Source: Saccostrea cucullata
Lineage: Eukaryota
Length of the DNA stretch: 64,000 bases
Direction of reading: 5' to 3'
Assembly: GCF_032062105.1 (NCBI RefSeq)
Contig: NW_026940370.1
Location: 868,001 to 932,000, forward strand
How positions within the stretch are numbered: position 1 is the stretch's first letter; the number at the start of each line of letters is the position of its first letter. This document shows, piece after piece, positions 1 to 13,700 of the stretch. The notes under the pieces were generated by a model, which was not told the DNA's origin, did no database searches, and worked only from the letters and a program-made list of their open reading frames with translations. The position numbers were made by a program, and so were the translations under genes.

Positions 1-560
1 ATGATAGTATTCAGCATGTGAAATGAAAAATTTATGAGGTTATAAAATCATCATTACAGTGTGATAAATATTCCATATAAAAAATCTTCTATACACATAA
101 TAAAGAATAAGCAATCAAATCTTTATATGCATATTGACATACATGTATTTTATTTCCTTCAGTATACATGTATACATTTAATAATTCTACAAATTCAGTC
201 AGGGGGAGCCGACTTTTTCCCTAAGCGGGGGACACGAATTCTCTGAATTAGCTTGTTTTTCTAGTTGTACTTGAAAATAAATCGTTAGAATAAAAATAAA
301 AATCGCTGAGATTTCCACTTTTTAGGTTACCCGAGTCACTCCAGTTACTATTGCAATTTGATTTTGTCTGTTATCGTGCGTCGTTAAATTCGTGAACTTT
401 TAAAAAATATTTTTAGCTTCTTTCCCCGAACGGCTGGACCAATTTTCAAAATTCTTTTTCAGCAAAGGGACAAAAATTGTGAATTTAATGATCCTCTCCA
501 AACCCCCTCCCCGATGTCAGAAGTCTGGGGGCAAAACAATCAAAATTAATTCCATTTTCA

Positions 561-594
<34 letters not shown>

Positions 595-1572
595 AGCTTT
601 TCTGATCACATTTTGTCCGTAGTCTGTCCGTCCGTCTGTAAACTTTTCACATTTTCAACTTCTTCTCAAGAACTGCTGGGCCAATTTTAATCAAACTTGG
701 TACAAAACATCCTTGGGGGATGGGAAGTTGATATTGTTAAAATAAAGGGTCAAGTCCCCTTCCAAGGGGAGGTAATAAAACAAGACAAAAATAGGGTAGG
801 CTCATTAAAAATTCTTCTCAAGAACTAGTGGGCCAGAAAAGCTGAAACTTATGTGGCAACATTCTGGGGTATTGTAGAATTCAAAATGTTATTCATGACC
901 TCCGGGGGTAGGGCGGGGCCACAATAGGGAATCCAAGTTTTACATAGAAATATATAGGAAAAATATTTTAAAATCTTCTCAAGAACCAATGGGCCAGAAA
1001 AGCTGAAACTTATGTGGAAGCATCCTGGTGTAGTTTAGAATCTAAATTGTTAAAATCATGACCCCGGGGGTATGGCGGGGCCACAATATGGAATCCAAGT
1101 TTTACATAGAAATATATAGACCAAATACTTAAAAATCTTCTTCTCAAGAACTACCGGGCCAGGAAAGCTGAAACTTAAAGCATCTCTGGGGTAGTGTAGA
1201 TTCTAAATTGTTAAAATCATGCCCCCGGGGGTAGGGCGGGACCACAATAGGGAATTCAAATTTCATATAGAAATATATAGGAAAAATCTGGGGAAAAAAA
1301 TAGGAATCCAAATTTTATATAGAAAAAATATATAGAAAAAATATATAGGAAAAATATTCTTCTCAGGAACCAGTTGGTCAGGAAAGCTGAAACTTAGGTG
1401 GAAGCATCTTGGGGTAGTGTAGATTCTAAATTATTAAAATCAAGACGGGGTGGTGGTGGGGGGTTGAGGTGGGGTAGGAGGCCACAATAGATATAAGAAG
1501 AGGGGAAATCTGGTAAAGAACTGCATCACCAAAGCTACTCAGGTGAGCGATGTGGCCCATGGACCTCTTGTT
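561..1572 (+). mobile_element. HINE-type (Helentron-associated) non-autonomous element with ~165-bp satellite core
   Basis: Starts TTTTTAGCTCACCTGAGCCGAAGGCTCAAGTGAG (short hairpin), followed by a GTCC/GTCT microsatellite and 4-5 diverged ~165-bp repeats (TTCTCAAGAAC...GGGCCAGAAAAGCTGAAACTTA). Ends with subterminal IR CTCAGGTGAGC + GGCCCATGGACC hairpin + CTTGTT. Architecture matches oyster HINEs as recalled; not database-checked. Confidence 0.8.
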
Positions 1573-1597
1573 TATACCCCCGCTTGAAAAGTGGAAT

Positions 1598-1931
1598 TGG
1601 TGATATCACCTATTCATTTTCCGTACGTGATATCGCCTATTCGAAAAGGTGATATCATTTATTCGAATAGGTGATATCACCTATTCGAATTGGTGATATC
1701 AACTTACTGGAAATGAATAGGTGATATCACCTATTCGAATAAATGATACACCTGTTCGTGTTGAATAGGTGATATCACCTATTCTAATAAGTGATATCAC
1801 CTTTTTCGAATAGGTGATATCAGCAAATCAAATCAAATAGGTGATATCACCTATTCGAATAGGTGATATCACTTTTTGGCAGTAAATACTAAAACTGCGC
1901 CCCATAATAAATACCAAAACGGCGCCTCATA
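1598..1931. repeat. Array of ~22-bp palindromic units (AGGTGATATCACCTATTCGAAT), probably a MITE remnant
   Basis: About 10-12 copies of GTGATATCAC-centred units; region ends in GCGCCCCATA/GCGCCTCATA, the reverse complement of a TATGG-type terminus. Confidence 0.7.
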
Positions 1932-2219
1932 AGTTCTAGAGTTAGGACGTGGCTATTTAGATTTAAGAGAGAAAATGTATAAATTCTATGAAAATCTTAT
2001 TTGTTCCGTAAAAGTTATGCATGGTTATTATGAGCAACAGTATCTCTTCGAAAATTATTAATTTATATGTTCAGTTCCTGCATGGGCCAGGGCTTAGTGT
2101 TCGGTTGGTGTTCATTTAGTAAATTTCTGTTATAAAATTTTGCTAAAGTGGCATACGCGTCGGGACCGGGGGGGGGCACTTTTTTGCAAATATATATATG
2201 ACCGATTAGCTAGGGGGTA

Positions 2220-2290
2220 TCCACTCTGTGGCTCGAACCTACGACCCTCAGATTTAAAATCCAACGCTCTACCGAATGAGCTAAAGGGTT
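2220..2290 (-). pseudogene. tRNA-Lys-derived sequence in the terminal repeat (copy 1)
   Basis: Minus strand ACCCTTTAGCTCATTCGGTAGAGCGTTGGATTTTAAATCTGAGGGTCGTAGGTTCGAGCCACAGAGTGG: A-box and B-box present, resembles tRNA-Lys(UUU); acceptor and T stems are poorly paired. Confidence 0.75.
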
Positions 2291-3483
2291 AACCCACTAG
2301 CTATTGCTAGTAGGAGCGTGGCCTCACTATTTACAACACATAGCCACTTTTTAAACTCTGTTACACTTCCCCCTTCTTTTTGAGATTTCTTACCCCTAAG
2401 AAATCTCACACACGAGACTCTGTAAACACCACTCACCATGTGGGTTTTTTAGTTGGGCGCCAATATGTAATAGGGTTCTTGGAATGACAACATCGTTTCT
2501 GGTTTGGATGATTTTATTAATAGTACAAGTAGTAGACCCTGTAATTACAATAACAATTATTAGACAAGATAAAAATATACATTTAACTGCAATACAGTAT
2601 TTGTTATCATTGTAATAAATTCATACTTTATAGTTCATATTCTCTTTGTGTTAAATTTATATAAAAATAATCACTTCTTTATCACAGATCAATTTATCAT
2701 AAAAATAATTCCTTTGACAATTTAGTAATTTAAAATAAAAGAAAATCATAATAATTTATCATAATCATTATCCGATACCAAATAATTCAGAATCAAATAA
2801 TATTACTGAACATTTACAAAAATACAATTTCATGCATTTGACTGAATACACATGAAATTCAATTCAACACAAAATATAAACATGCAAGACAAATACTCAA
2901 AATAAAGTTCTGTCAACACATAAATATAATAGAACAACACAAACATAAAACACATAGATTACCTTCAATATGGTCAAAAGGTCTGGATGTTATTACATAC
3001 TGTACTAGTAGCTAATACATGTAGCTGTTTCAGTCCTATAAAGAATGCATAAAAATGAGTAATCTCCCTTAGCTGATATAAAAATCTTTAATAATGATAA
3101 CTGATTAATTTAATGAAAAATACCTATGCTTTAATCGGAAAGGATTATTTCTACTTACACTCAACAGAGTCAAATACAACACAACCTACTTACACTCAAC
3201 AGAATCAAATACAACACAACCCCTTGAACAACAAACCACTGAACTTCAAATCACCTGATCACAACTGTACAACTGGGTGAAATTAAAATGTGTGTTTCTT
3301 TCAGTCAACACTATCTCTCAATTTATCTGAAATTCCTAATAGTTTATACTCCTATTTATTTCATTTAATAAATGCTTTTCTTTTTCAAAAATAATTAATT
3401 GAATGCTTTATCTGAATACCCCCCCCCCCCCCCAAAAAAAAAATGAATGTTGGGCGCCAATATGACCGATTAGCTAGGGGGTA

Positions 3484-3554
3484 TCCACTCTGTGGCTCGA
3501 ACCTACGACCCTCAGATTTAAAATCCAACGCTCTACCGAATGAGCTAAAGGGTT
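3484..3554 (-). pseudogene. tRNA-Lys-derived sequence in the terminal repeat (copy 2)
   Basis: Identical to 2220-2290 (offset 1264 bp). Confidence 0.75.
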
Positions 3555-4264
3555 AACCCACTAGCTATTGCTAGTAGGAGCGTGGCCTCACTATTTACAA
3601 CACATAGCCACTTTTTAAACTCTGTTACACTTCCCCCTTCTTTTTGAGATTTCTTACCGCTAAGAAATCTCACACACGAGACTCTGTAAACACCACTCAC
3701 CATGTGGGTTTTTTAGTTGGGCGCCAATATGTAATAGGGTTCTTGGAATGACAACATCGTTTCTGATTTGGATGATTTTATTAATAGTACAAGTATAAGT
3801 AGACCCTGTAATAACAATAACAATTATTAGACAAGATAAAAAAAATATACATTTAACTGCAATACAGTATTTGTTATCATTATAATAAATTTATACTTTA
3901 AAGTTCATATTCTCTTTGTATTAAATTTAAATAAAAATAATTACTTCTTTATCACAGATCAGTTTATCATAAAAATAATTCCTTTGACAATTTAGTAATT
4001 TAAAATAAAAGAAAATCATAATAATTTATCATAATCATTATCCGATACCAAATAATTCAGAATCAAATAATATTACTGAACATTTACAAAAATACAATTT
4101 CATGCATTTGACTGAATACACATGAAATTCAATTCAACACAAAATATAAACATGCAAGACAAATACTCAAAATAAAGTTCTGTCAACACATAAATATAAT
4201 AGAACAACACAAACATAAAACACATAGATTACCTTCAATATGGTCAAAAGGTCTGGATGTTATT

Positions 4265-6323
4265 ATGTTCCCCAAACGAAGTTTGGGAACATATTGTTTT
4301 TACTTTTTTTCTGAATTTTCTTCTCCGGTACTTTTTTTGTCCGCGAGTGTTCTCGTAAACTACTCATCCGATCTAGGTGAAACCTTTTTAGGGTCACTAG
4401 GTATGTTATGTAGATGTGCGGAACGAAGGTCATTTTGCGCGCACGTGCGTGCATGTGCGCACACGTGTAACGCGTGAAATGACCAATATGATAGATATAG
4501 CCGTAACCTTTTAAATTTTTGATGAAATGCTTTGAAACTCATAATATAAGGATATAATAGTAGTATAGACATGATGACATGGTCAAAATAGCAAGATCTC
4601 ACGCGCATGAACGTGCGCTTCGTTCCGATTGGTTGAAACAAAAGTCTTTATATCTTTTTTGTTTTTTGACAAAATCCTTTAAAATTTTGAAAATAGTCAT
4701 ACATTATGAAGATCTACAGCATGATATATAAGAATAATCATGAACGCAAGCACATGCACGTTAGCTGCAATCTGATTGGCTAAAAGTTTAAATGCCTAAA
4801 ACTTTCTTAGTTCTCAATAATAAAGGGTGAAATTTCGAATATGAATAGATATAAGGAATGCCTTCATTATTCTACCATCAAAAGTAAATGCACGGACGTC
4901 ATGCACATGCGCGCACACACAATGCGTTAAACGACAGTATACTTAAGTCTTTTGATGTTCATGCAGAATTAAGAACTTATAAATGTAAAGACATGTAACA
5001 TACTGAAGCAGATCTTTTTACCCTTGACCTTGATACTTAGGTCAAGGTCACTAGTAACCTGAATAAAATGTTGATATTAGCTATTTACCAAAATGACCTT
5101 GACCTATGAACTTGAAATCGACCTTAACCTTTGACCTTAACCCAAGGGTAGAAAGACCCCCCCCCCCACACACACAAAGTAAAGAATCGCTGTAAAGCTC
5201 AAATTACACCTCGGACCCACATAACATTTCAAGGAAACTGCAGAAAAGAGCTCGAGGAAAGAGTATTGAAATATTTGATGTGAGTTTCCAAAGTATATAG
5301 AAATTATTAATTTTATTAATTACAAATCCTGTCGTGTTTGAAATTAAAGTACAGATGAATAAAAGTGGTATATAAGCCTTCTTTGTTTACATGTATTTAT
5401 TCGGATGTCGTTAACAGCATTCAATTCTACTGATTTGAAACAATATTTTAATACCAAGCATCCTTTGTTTATTTAACCTTTGAAATTTAATTGATTTTTT
5501 TTTTAGAATTACGCAATCCCCAGAAATTCAAAATCAATATACATGTACGCTCCTTCGTAAAAAAAAAAAATCAGGTATTTGCATTTATGAACAATATTAA
5601 TATGAAGGTCTTAAAGAATATTGCTCACATTAGCTGATACGAATGTCTTTATAAATATCTATTGTAAACCCCAAAAAGTAGCCTCCTATGCATTGGAAAA
5701 AATGAATAGTTCCGGTCAAAATCCTTTACATGTATATATTTATTTACATAGTATATAAAATTTACTAGGCACAGGTACCAGAGTTGTCAAAATGACCAGA
5801 GAGGAAATATATTTTAAAAAATCTGAACAGATTAAAGGAAAATCCCTTTTCTATGTATGGAACTAAAATTGACTAAGTTCATTTTGATTGGTTAGCCATT
5901 GGCGTGATATCCTTAGTCAACTTTAACACAGCCTTGTCGTCGGAATAAAACCAACTTTGAGCCCGAGGTTAAAATCAGTAGAGAATTTAAATGAGAATGG
6001 GTATTTCAAAAAATGATATATACTAGAGATGTGGTAACTTTATATCTGTACTTTTTCTATTATTCGCGGGATAGAAAGATGTGTTAATCGCTTAACCAAC
6101 ATGCCATGATCATCTTGCATATGCATGTACATGTACGTGTGCGCCCATGCAAAACGTTAAACGATATATAGTTGATATCATTGTAACTTTTATATCTTTA
6201 AATGAAATCCTTAAATACTTAGTATATTTATAAAAGATGTTACAGGAAAGGCTATGGCACGAAAAGGGACATGGGGAGCGTTTGGGGAACATCTGTAACG
6301 GTCCCCGTTACAATTAGCCCTAG
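4265..6323 (+). mobile_element. Non-autonomous Helentron/Helitron2-like insertion (~2.06 kb)
   Basis: 5' hairpin ATGTTCCCCAAACGAAGTTTGGGAACAT; 3' subterminal IR CGTTTGGGGAACAT + hairpin TGTAACGGTCCCCGTTACA + CTAG; inserted at TT. The empty site GTTATTACATAC is visible in the sister repeat at ~2989. Confidence 0.8.
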
Positions 6324-7644
6324 TTACATACTGTACTAGTAGCTAATACATGTAGCTGTTTCAGTCCTATAAAGAATGCATAAAAATGAGTAATCTCCCT
6401 TAGCTGATATAAAAATCTTTAATAATGATAACTGATTAATTTAATGAAAAATACCTATGCTTTAATCGGAAAGGATTATTTAAATTATATGAAATAAAAG
6501 CTAAAATTCCTAATTTTATGATAAATTACATTACAGTTACACAAGTTATTTATAAAACTAATTTTACAACTTTACACCTATTTATTCATTTCACTCAGTC
6601 CTACATATATACAATTTCATGACTGAATTAGAGTGAAATGTCAGATAAAATATTTATGTTTCTCATTTTACACAAATACACAAACTCTCAAACTTACACT
6701 CAACATTCTAACACCTTTTTCACTCACTTTCATACAAAATCAAAATCACAATCATACAAAATAATATAACAACAGACCTGAGATCCTTGAAATACACCCT
6801 CGATGAAAATGTAGACGTAGTGAATAACCAAAATAGTAAACTCAGGAATCACCGAGATCAACATGTACACCCTGTCCTCTTGGACACAAAGACTAGTATG
6901 ACCAGTTCTACCCAAAAATAAATCTATCCACAAAGAGATTTCCCTCCAAAATCTTGACCAATGAAATCTCATTGTCAGGTCACTTCATAGGTCACTGACC
7001 TCTCAAAGTTTATAGCTAAAGTAAGTATAAGGGAAACTTATATCTAATAATTCTTAATTAATTTCTAAATAATTCTAAAGCTTCTAAAGTATAATATACC
7101 TTAAATAAATAATAAACTGCTGAAATATAAATAAGTAAAATTAAATAAATTCCTGGAAATAATCATATCCAAATTATTTTAGGCATGTCAAATAAACTCA
7201 AAATACTAAAATACTAAAACTATATACTCTTTTTAAATATTTACACTTTACCACATATACATAATATAGGCATTGAAAATTGGGGTTTACCTTTTTTTGT
7301 TGGTTTAGCCCCCCCCCCCCCCCCCCCCCACTTTCAATTTGCTTCCGACGCATATGAGTGGGTCAAACTCCAAGGTAAATGTGAAAAGGTCAAATATGTA
7401 GGAACCAAAACAAAATGAAGGTCTTAATTGTCACATGGAATACATATGTGAAAGTCACAGCTCCAATCAATCAAAAGTTATTGGCAATGTCAAAGTTTTT
7501 TTTCCAGACAGACAGGCAGACGGACAGGGTAAAACTATATACCCCGAATATTCGAATATGGTGGCATAATAATTAACATATATTCAAGTTACGTAATCAT
7601 GGTAATTGTTTTAAAATAAGGTGAAAGCTGCACAGGCATTGATA

Positions 7645-7715
7645 GATCACATGATCAATAATCTGAGCAAAAAAACCACGTGATTTCCATGCATCACATG
7701 TTTGAAAATGGCGGC
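7645..7715 (+). promoter_or_regulatory. E-box cluster and YY1-like motif at the ceramidase start
   Basis: TCACATGA (~7647), CACGTGA (~7677), TCACATG (~7694), and AAAATGGCGGC overlapping the ATG; motif match only. Confidence 0.4.
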
Positions 7716-10700
7716 TTCCGTTTGGATCAGCGGGTCTGTTCTATTGCTTTTGTTTTGTGTAACATGCAATGGACAGAACACAAATTACATTATTGGTGCT
7801 GGAATTGCAGACATTACTGGTCCAGCGGCGGAGGTTGACATGGTAATTATTGGTATTTTTTAATTAAAAATGTCTGAATTACATCAGGAACCTACCGGGT
7901 ATATACTAATAAATGTTCCTGATTACATATATAGACTCTTGTCTCGCACTTTGTGCAATGGAGATATAAAAAGTTAGGACCAATCGCCCAAACGGGATAG
8001 ATCATCCCAAATGGGTTATTGGGATCCGAAAGAGCTATTACAATGTATTTAAAGTCATATACGCTATATGAACGCCGAATTCTGTGTGAAACAAAATGAT
8101 TAACGATTAAAAACACATAAGTGTTATGAAAAATAATACTTTCCACAAAATTGTACTATAGTCTTCGTTGTAATAACAAAACAATTAAACAATATCTAGG
8201 AATCAAGAATTCAGTCATTTCATGAATATTGATGAAGGAAGTGCGTAAACAGTAGGCCTATATATAGAAACACATGTCCACGGGAAATCACAGATAACGA
8301 GGTATATGTGCATTTTGACAACAATCATTAATATAAGGTTAATATGCGTCATAACAGAGTAGATGGTTGTTACTAAATACATTAAAAGATAAGTACCATT
8401 AAGAGTAAGACGCTTGCCATCCACGTCAAAAGTGAGTAGTATCTCAAACGGCCTACCTTGTTTTCTTTACGCCACGTTTGTTTATCAATCTAAAAGTAGC
8501 GACGGCGTCACGTGATGGATTTATTTTAAAATAGCTATTTTTCTTTCCTAGCAGGGTAATAAATAATTATAATTTGATAACTTTTTAACGCGTTTAATTT
8601 TAATGGTATAATTTACAGTATTTTCGTAACTTTTAATGATAAATAAATTATATCAATTTCCAATCTTATTTAAACTGGCGCAAGTTATAGCGTGTATACT
8701 TTTAAGTAAATATCCAAAACTTATTTTCCAGTGTTTCTATTCATAATGATAACAAAAAGTGAATTTTGAGATTTTTTAACAACTCATACAAATGTGAATA
8801 CAAGTAGCATGTTAACCTTCAATTTGAAAAAGAAATTGAATTTTGAATTCAACAAGAAAACTTAATACAAAACATAATTGTTTCCAAAATATGCCTTTTT
8901 TTTTTCAATTTAAAATTCCCAATTGAAAGGATACAGGACCCTGTACCGAAAAGGGTCAATGTAGCCCTGGAATTGCAAAATTAAGTGTTGCAATAACTAA
9001 TGTTAAGACTAAAACTAAAAACCTGATGAGTATGAATATATTTTTTAAGATGGGATATGCCAATCCTGGCCAGACAAGTAAAGGTATTCATCTCCGTCAA
9101 TACAGTCGAGCCTTCATCATTGCTGACTCAGCCAACAAAAGCAGGATTGTGTTTGTTAGCACAGATTCATGTATGCAGTCTCAAGGACTTAAACTAGAGG
9201 TTTGTGTTTAAGACAATTAAAAAAAACCCAAATATTTCATGTCCTGGGCGAGTGGCTGCTTTTACTTTGAATTTCACAGAAATATTTTGAAGGGACAATT
9301 TGGCGAACAAGTTGCTAAAAGGATATGCAGGCATTAGTGCATTTTAAGGATTGATTGTGGTAATACCTCCACATGTTATATTCCATGTTAACAGTCCTTG
9401 TTAGATATGCACACAAAAGGGAGCCATAAATATATTTACAAAACTTTCATTGTTTTTATTTTCCCCTGATTTCTGTTAATTTAAAGTCATCAAAGAAAAT
9501 GATTTCATTTGAATCACAGATGTTGAAATGCACAAAAGCTATAAAGTGATGCCCATTCAAAATGTTCAAAAGCTGTCTTGATGATGTCTTATTCTTTTGA
9601 AGCGTTAAAACTTCTTTAATTTGTTTCAGATCATCAAACGGCTGAAGAGCAAGTATGGAGGTTTATACAATGAGAGGAACGTGGCTATCAGTGGAACCCA
9701 CACCCACTCTGGTCCGGGGGGATTCCACCAGTACCTCCTCTATGACATCACTTCCCTGGGATTTGTCAATGAAACTTTCCTGTCTCTGGCTGAAGGAATT
9801 GTTGCTGTGAGTATTTTGCTGTAAATCTAAGTATTCTTGATATGCATCTATAAGCAGAAACTTTACTGCTGTTGGTCTAAGATTTATTTTCGAAAGAATC
9901 ATGTATAAGAGTGAAAACTAATTGAAGATGTTTCAAATGTATTAAATAAACATAATATGTGAGAATTGAGTACCTGTGATAAAATATCAATATATTTCAT
10001 TTTTGAGAATCAAAAACAATGCAAAATTTTTCTGTGTTATGATTTGATCAGAATCTAAGTGTTATGTGAGGTATCCAAAAAGTGAGAATTGAAATAAACT
10101 AACTTGCAGAATAAATACATGTATGAACACATGTTGTCTGTTTATATCATGTAGGTGAGCAATCCCACACTCTCATATAAACATTTATGTAATTTTAGAG
10201 CATTGATAAGGCCCATAACTCCATGCGACCAGGAAATCTGTACGTAAATACTGGAGAGCTTCTGGACAGTAATATTAATAGAAGTCCTACAGCCTACCTC
10301 AATAATCCTGCAGAAGAGAGAGCCAAGTAAGTATTACCAAGACAGAACCCCAAGAGGACAAAAGTCCTACAATCTACCTCAATAATCCTGCTGAGGAGAG
10401 AGCCAAGTAAGTTTTATGTAATCAGAGTCGAAAGGAAAAAGTCCGAAAGCCTTCTTCAAAATTCTTGCTGAGGAGAGAGAGCAAAATAAGTGTCACGTAA
10501 ACAGGATCAAAGAGGGCAGTCTGCCTCAGTAATCCTGCTGAGGAGAGAGGTAAGTACCAGGTAAATGCTACATAATCAAGATCAATAAGGACCAAAGTCC
10601 TACAGCCTACCTTAATAATCCTGATGAGGAGAGAGAGATAAGTAAGTGTTACATAATCAGGATTAAAGGGGACAGAGCTCCTACAGCCTACCTCAATAAT

Positions 10701-13700
10701 TCTTCTAAGGAGATAGTGAAGTAAGTGTTTCATAAACAGGATCAAAGAGGGCAGCCTGCCTCGGTAATTCTGCTGAGGAGAGAGAACTCAGGTGTACCCA
10801 GACAAGGTCCTATATGGTATCAGACCCATAACCTAAATCATGAATCCCTTATAAGTAATGGTGAAATTAAACTTATTAAACGACAGATAAAATTATGTTG
10901 GGATCAGAAAGAAGACATATTTGCTGTCTTACATAATTATGTATATACTAATCTTTCACAGGTACAGATATGATGTGGACAAAAATATGACAGTCCTAAG
11001 AATGGTAGATGCTCAGAACAAAGGCATTGGAATGATCAAGTCAGTCAGTTTTACCATTAGTTTCTGTTTTATGTGCATGGTTGGAAGAACTACATTATAG
11101 CTAAAGCATATAAATTGAAAATGGTACTCATTAATTAATATAAGACAGTAGTTTAATGGAAACTTTTGCATTATATTTTATTGTTACTACTTACTGTTGT
11201 TTTAGTTGGTTTGCTGTTCACTGCACCAGTATGAACAACACTAACCACCTGATCAGCAGTGATAACAAGGGGCTGGCAGCTCAAATGTTTGAGGCCGACA
11301 TGAACAACGGAGCATTCCCAGGAAAAGTGAGTCGGGTTGTCATTCATACAAGGGGAATTAAAACAGTTCAGAATTTTTTTTAGTAAAATTCAAAACTGTT
11401 TAATGGAGGCTGATATCTTAAAGTCTTACAAAATTGGCATGTTTGTCAACATGCATGCATTAAATACAAGGGTGATAAAAGTCATTGGTAAAATTGAAAA
11501 TATTGAAATGTCAGGAATGCAGAGCTTGATATTGGAGAAATTCCCTGCATAAATTCTTCACTAATGCTTCATCTTAAGGGATTGGGTGCTGAGAGGTTAT
11601 GCTAGGCCTGTCCCATGTTTCCTTATTGACAATAAAACACCTATATGTACAGTTGAATTTCAGTATCTCTAACATCAGTGAGTATCTTGACTACCATGGA
11701 TATGTTTAAGGGATTTTATGTTTAAAGGATTTTGAAGTACAAACTGCTCAATGTATCATCTTAGATATTTTAAATATGTAGATATCTAGATTTTTTTGGT
11801 CCTTGAGCCCAAGATAACAAGGTTTGGCAGTACATGTAAATCCTTAACCATATCTCTGTATGTTGGGAAATTGTGACTGATGGCAGATGAAGTGAGAGCT
11901 TTTTATTATATCATTACACAGGGTGAGTTTGTATCAGCGTTTGCTCAAAGTAATGAAGGTGATGTGTCCCCAAACACAAAAGGACCCCACTGTCTGGACA
12001 CAGGCAAGCCGTGTGATGTCCCCACAAGTACCTGTAATGGCAGGGTAGGTACCAGATGGGGGAGGATCATATAATTCTTAAAAATGTAGATTTAAACCTT
12101 AAATTTTAAAGGAGTGCTGTCTTTAATATGCATTATTATTGCTCACTGTGTAAAAAAAAAATGGTTCTATATAAATTGGATGTTGTTAATTTTCCCTCCA
12201 ACAGAATGAGCTTTGTGTTTCCCCTGGCCCTGGTAAAGACATGTTTGACAGCACCAGGATTATTGCCAGTAACCAGTACAAGAAAGCTAAGGTATTCAGC
12301 AATCAAGTTTAAAACTACAAGTAGTGTGTAAAATTATTGCAACATTTTTATCCAGCTTATATATAATATTCAAATAGTTCCTTATAAAATTAATGAAATG
12401 AATTTTGTTGTAAACTTGGAGTGTATGTGATTTGAATTTCACAGATACTTTATAATGACCCCGCTGCTTTGAAGCTTGAGGGCCCTGTAGACTTCAGACA
12501 TACTTATGTTGACATGTCAAATGTAATGGTGCAGATCAACCAAACATCAAAGGTAGGAAAATTTGTATATATTGATGTAAATTTGTTAAAATGAAAAACA
12601 TAATCAATCTTTAGTGTAAGGTTATGAGGGGGCATGATTTGGGGCTGGAATGTTATTTTTAAATGTATACTGAAAATGAGAGTGTAAAAGGACTACCCGG
12701 TAGTTCATTCATGTACTTAAATATAAACCTATGGATTTTACCAGTTATCTGACATATGGACATAAAAACATAAGACATAGAAATACACCACCATTCTGAA
12801 CCAATAATCCCTCAGTATTTATCTTTTTACTCCACATCTGTGTAGGTCAAGACCTGTAAGCCTGCCATGGGTTTCAGTTTTGCTGCAGGAACCACAGACG
12901 GTCCAGGGGCCTTCAATTTCACTCAGGGTAAATAGCATTATTAGCAACTTGAACAAAAGGAAAGAGTATTATAACTGTGCAATCATTGTATTTCATGTGG
13001 GTTTAATGCAATGTTTGTAAATTTCGATGGCATGAAGGGATGAACAAATCCTGCATATTCAGGCAAAATCATTTATAGTGAGTTGTTTGCCATAAAAGTA
13101 TGTCTATACCAACTCTAAATTTAAGGCACGATTGAAAATTGGCCACCAAATTAATATAATTCCACATTATGAAGGATTAAATTTCTCTACGTTTTGTCAA
13201 GTTTATATTGGTATTTACCTGGTTTTATTATAGGTGATACAACAGAAAATCCATTCTGGGATTTCATTCGTGATTTTCTGAAGAAACCCTCTCCAGAACA
13301 ACTGGCATGTCAGCACCCTAAACCCATACTTCTGGACACAGGGGAGGTAATCATTTAAATTAAACAAAAGAAAGAGAGAAATACCGGTATAGGTATCATT
13401 TGTTTTTCACTTTGTCTGTCTCCACATAGTCATCCACATGTTTTTTTTTCTGTAAGTAATGATATAAGAGGAAAAATATATGATTTTCTGTACATGTATA
13501 TGCTGTAGCAAAATCCGTCATCCAAAGTGAACTTGAATTGATGTCACATTTTGATGAAACTTATAATTATTATAAAAGTTATTTCTCACAAACAAACTTA
13601 GACAGTAAAAGCATGGAAAACTTGCTTTCAGAATGTCTCCAAATTGTATACAATGTACTATTGTCAGAAGCAAGTTCTAGGTATAAATTCTGACATTCCT

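Larger units (their letters stand above)
2199..7255 (-). mobile_element. Non-coding LTR-retrotransposon derivative (TG...CA ends, TATA flanks, tRNA-Lys PBS)
   Basis: Direct repeats 2199-~3150 and 3463-4264+6324-~6481 are near-identical. On the minus strand it runs TGTGG...CGGTCA. TGGCGCCCAAC (complement of the tRNA-Lys(CUU) 3' end) lies at 3449-3459 just after the first repeat. No gag/pol ORF. Confidence 0.7.
2152..7356. mobile_element. 5-bp-TSD MITE (CANNGCGTCGG termini) split by a ~5-kb nested insertion
   Basis: Left end CATACGCGTCGGG, right end TTGCTTCCGACGCATATG, flanked by AGTGG at 2147-2151 and 7357-7361. Same family as 29459-29809, 31569-31915 and 45095-45425. Confidence 0.8.

Noticed and set aside
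2220-2290. Functional ochre-suppressor tRNA (loop reads TTA at the anticodon position)
   Set aside because: Acceptor and T stems pair poorly and the sequence is embedded in a repeat; best read as a tRNA-Lys-derived relic.
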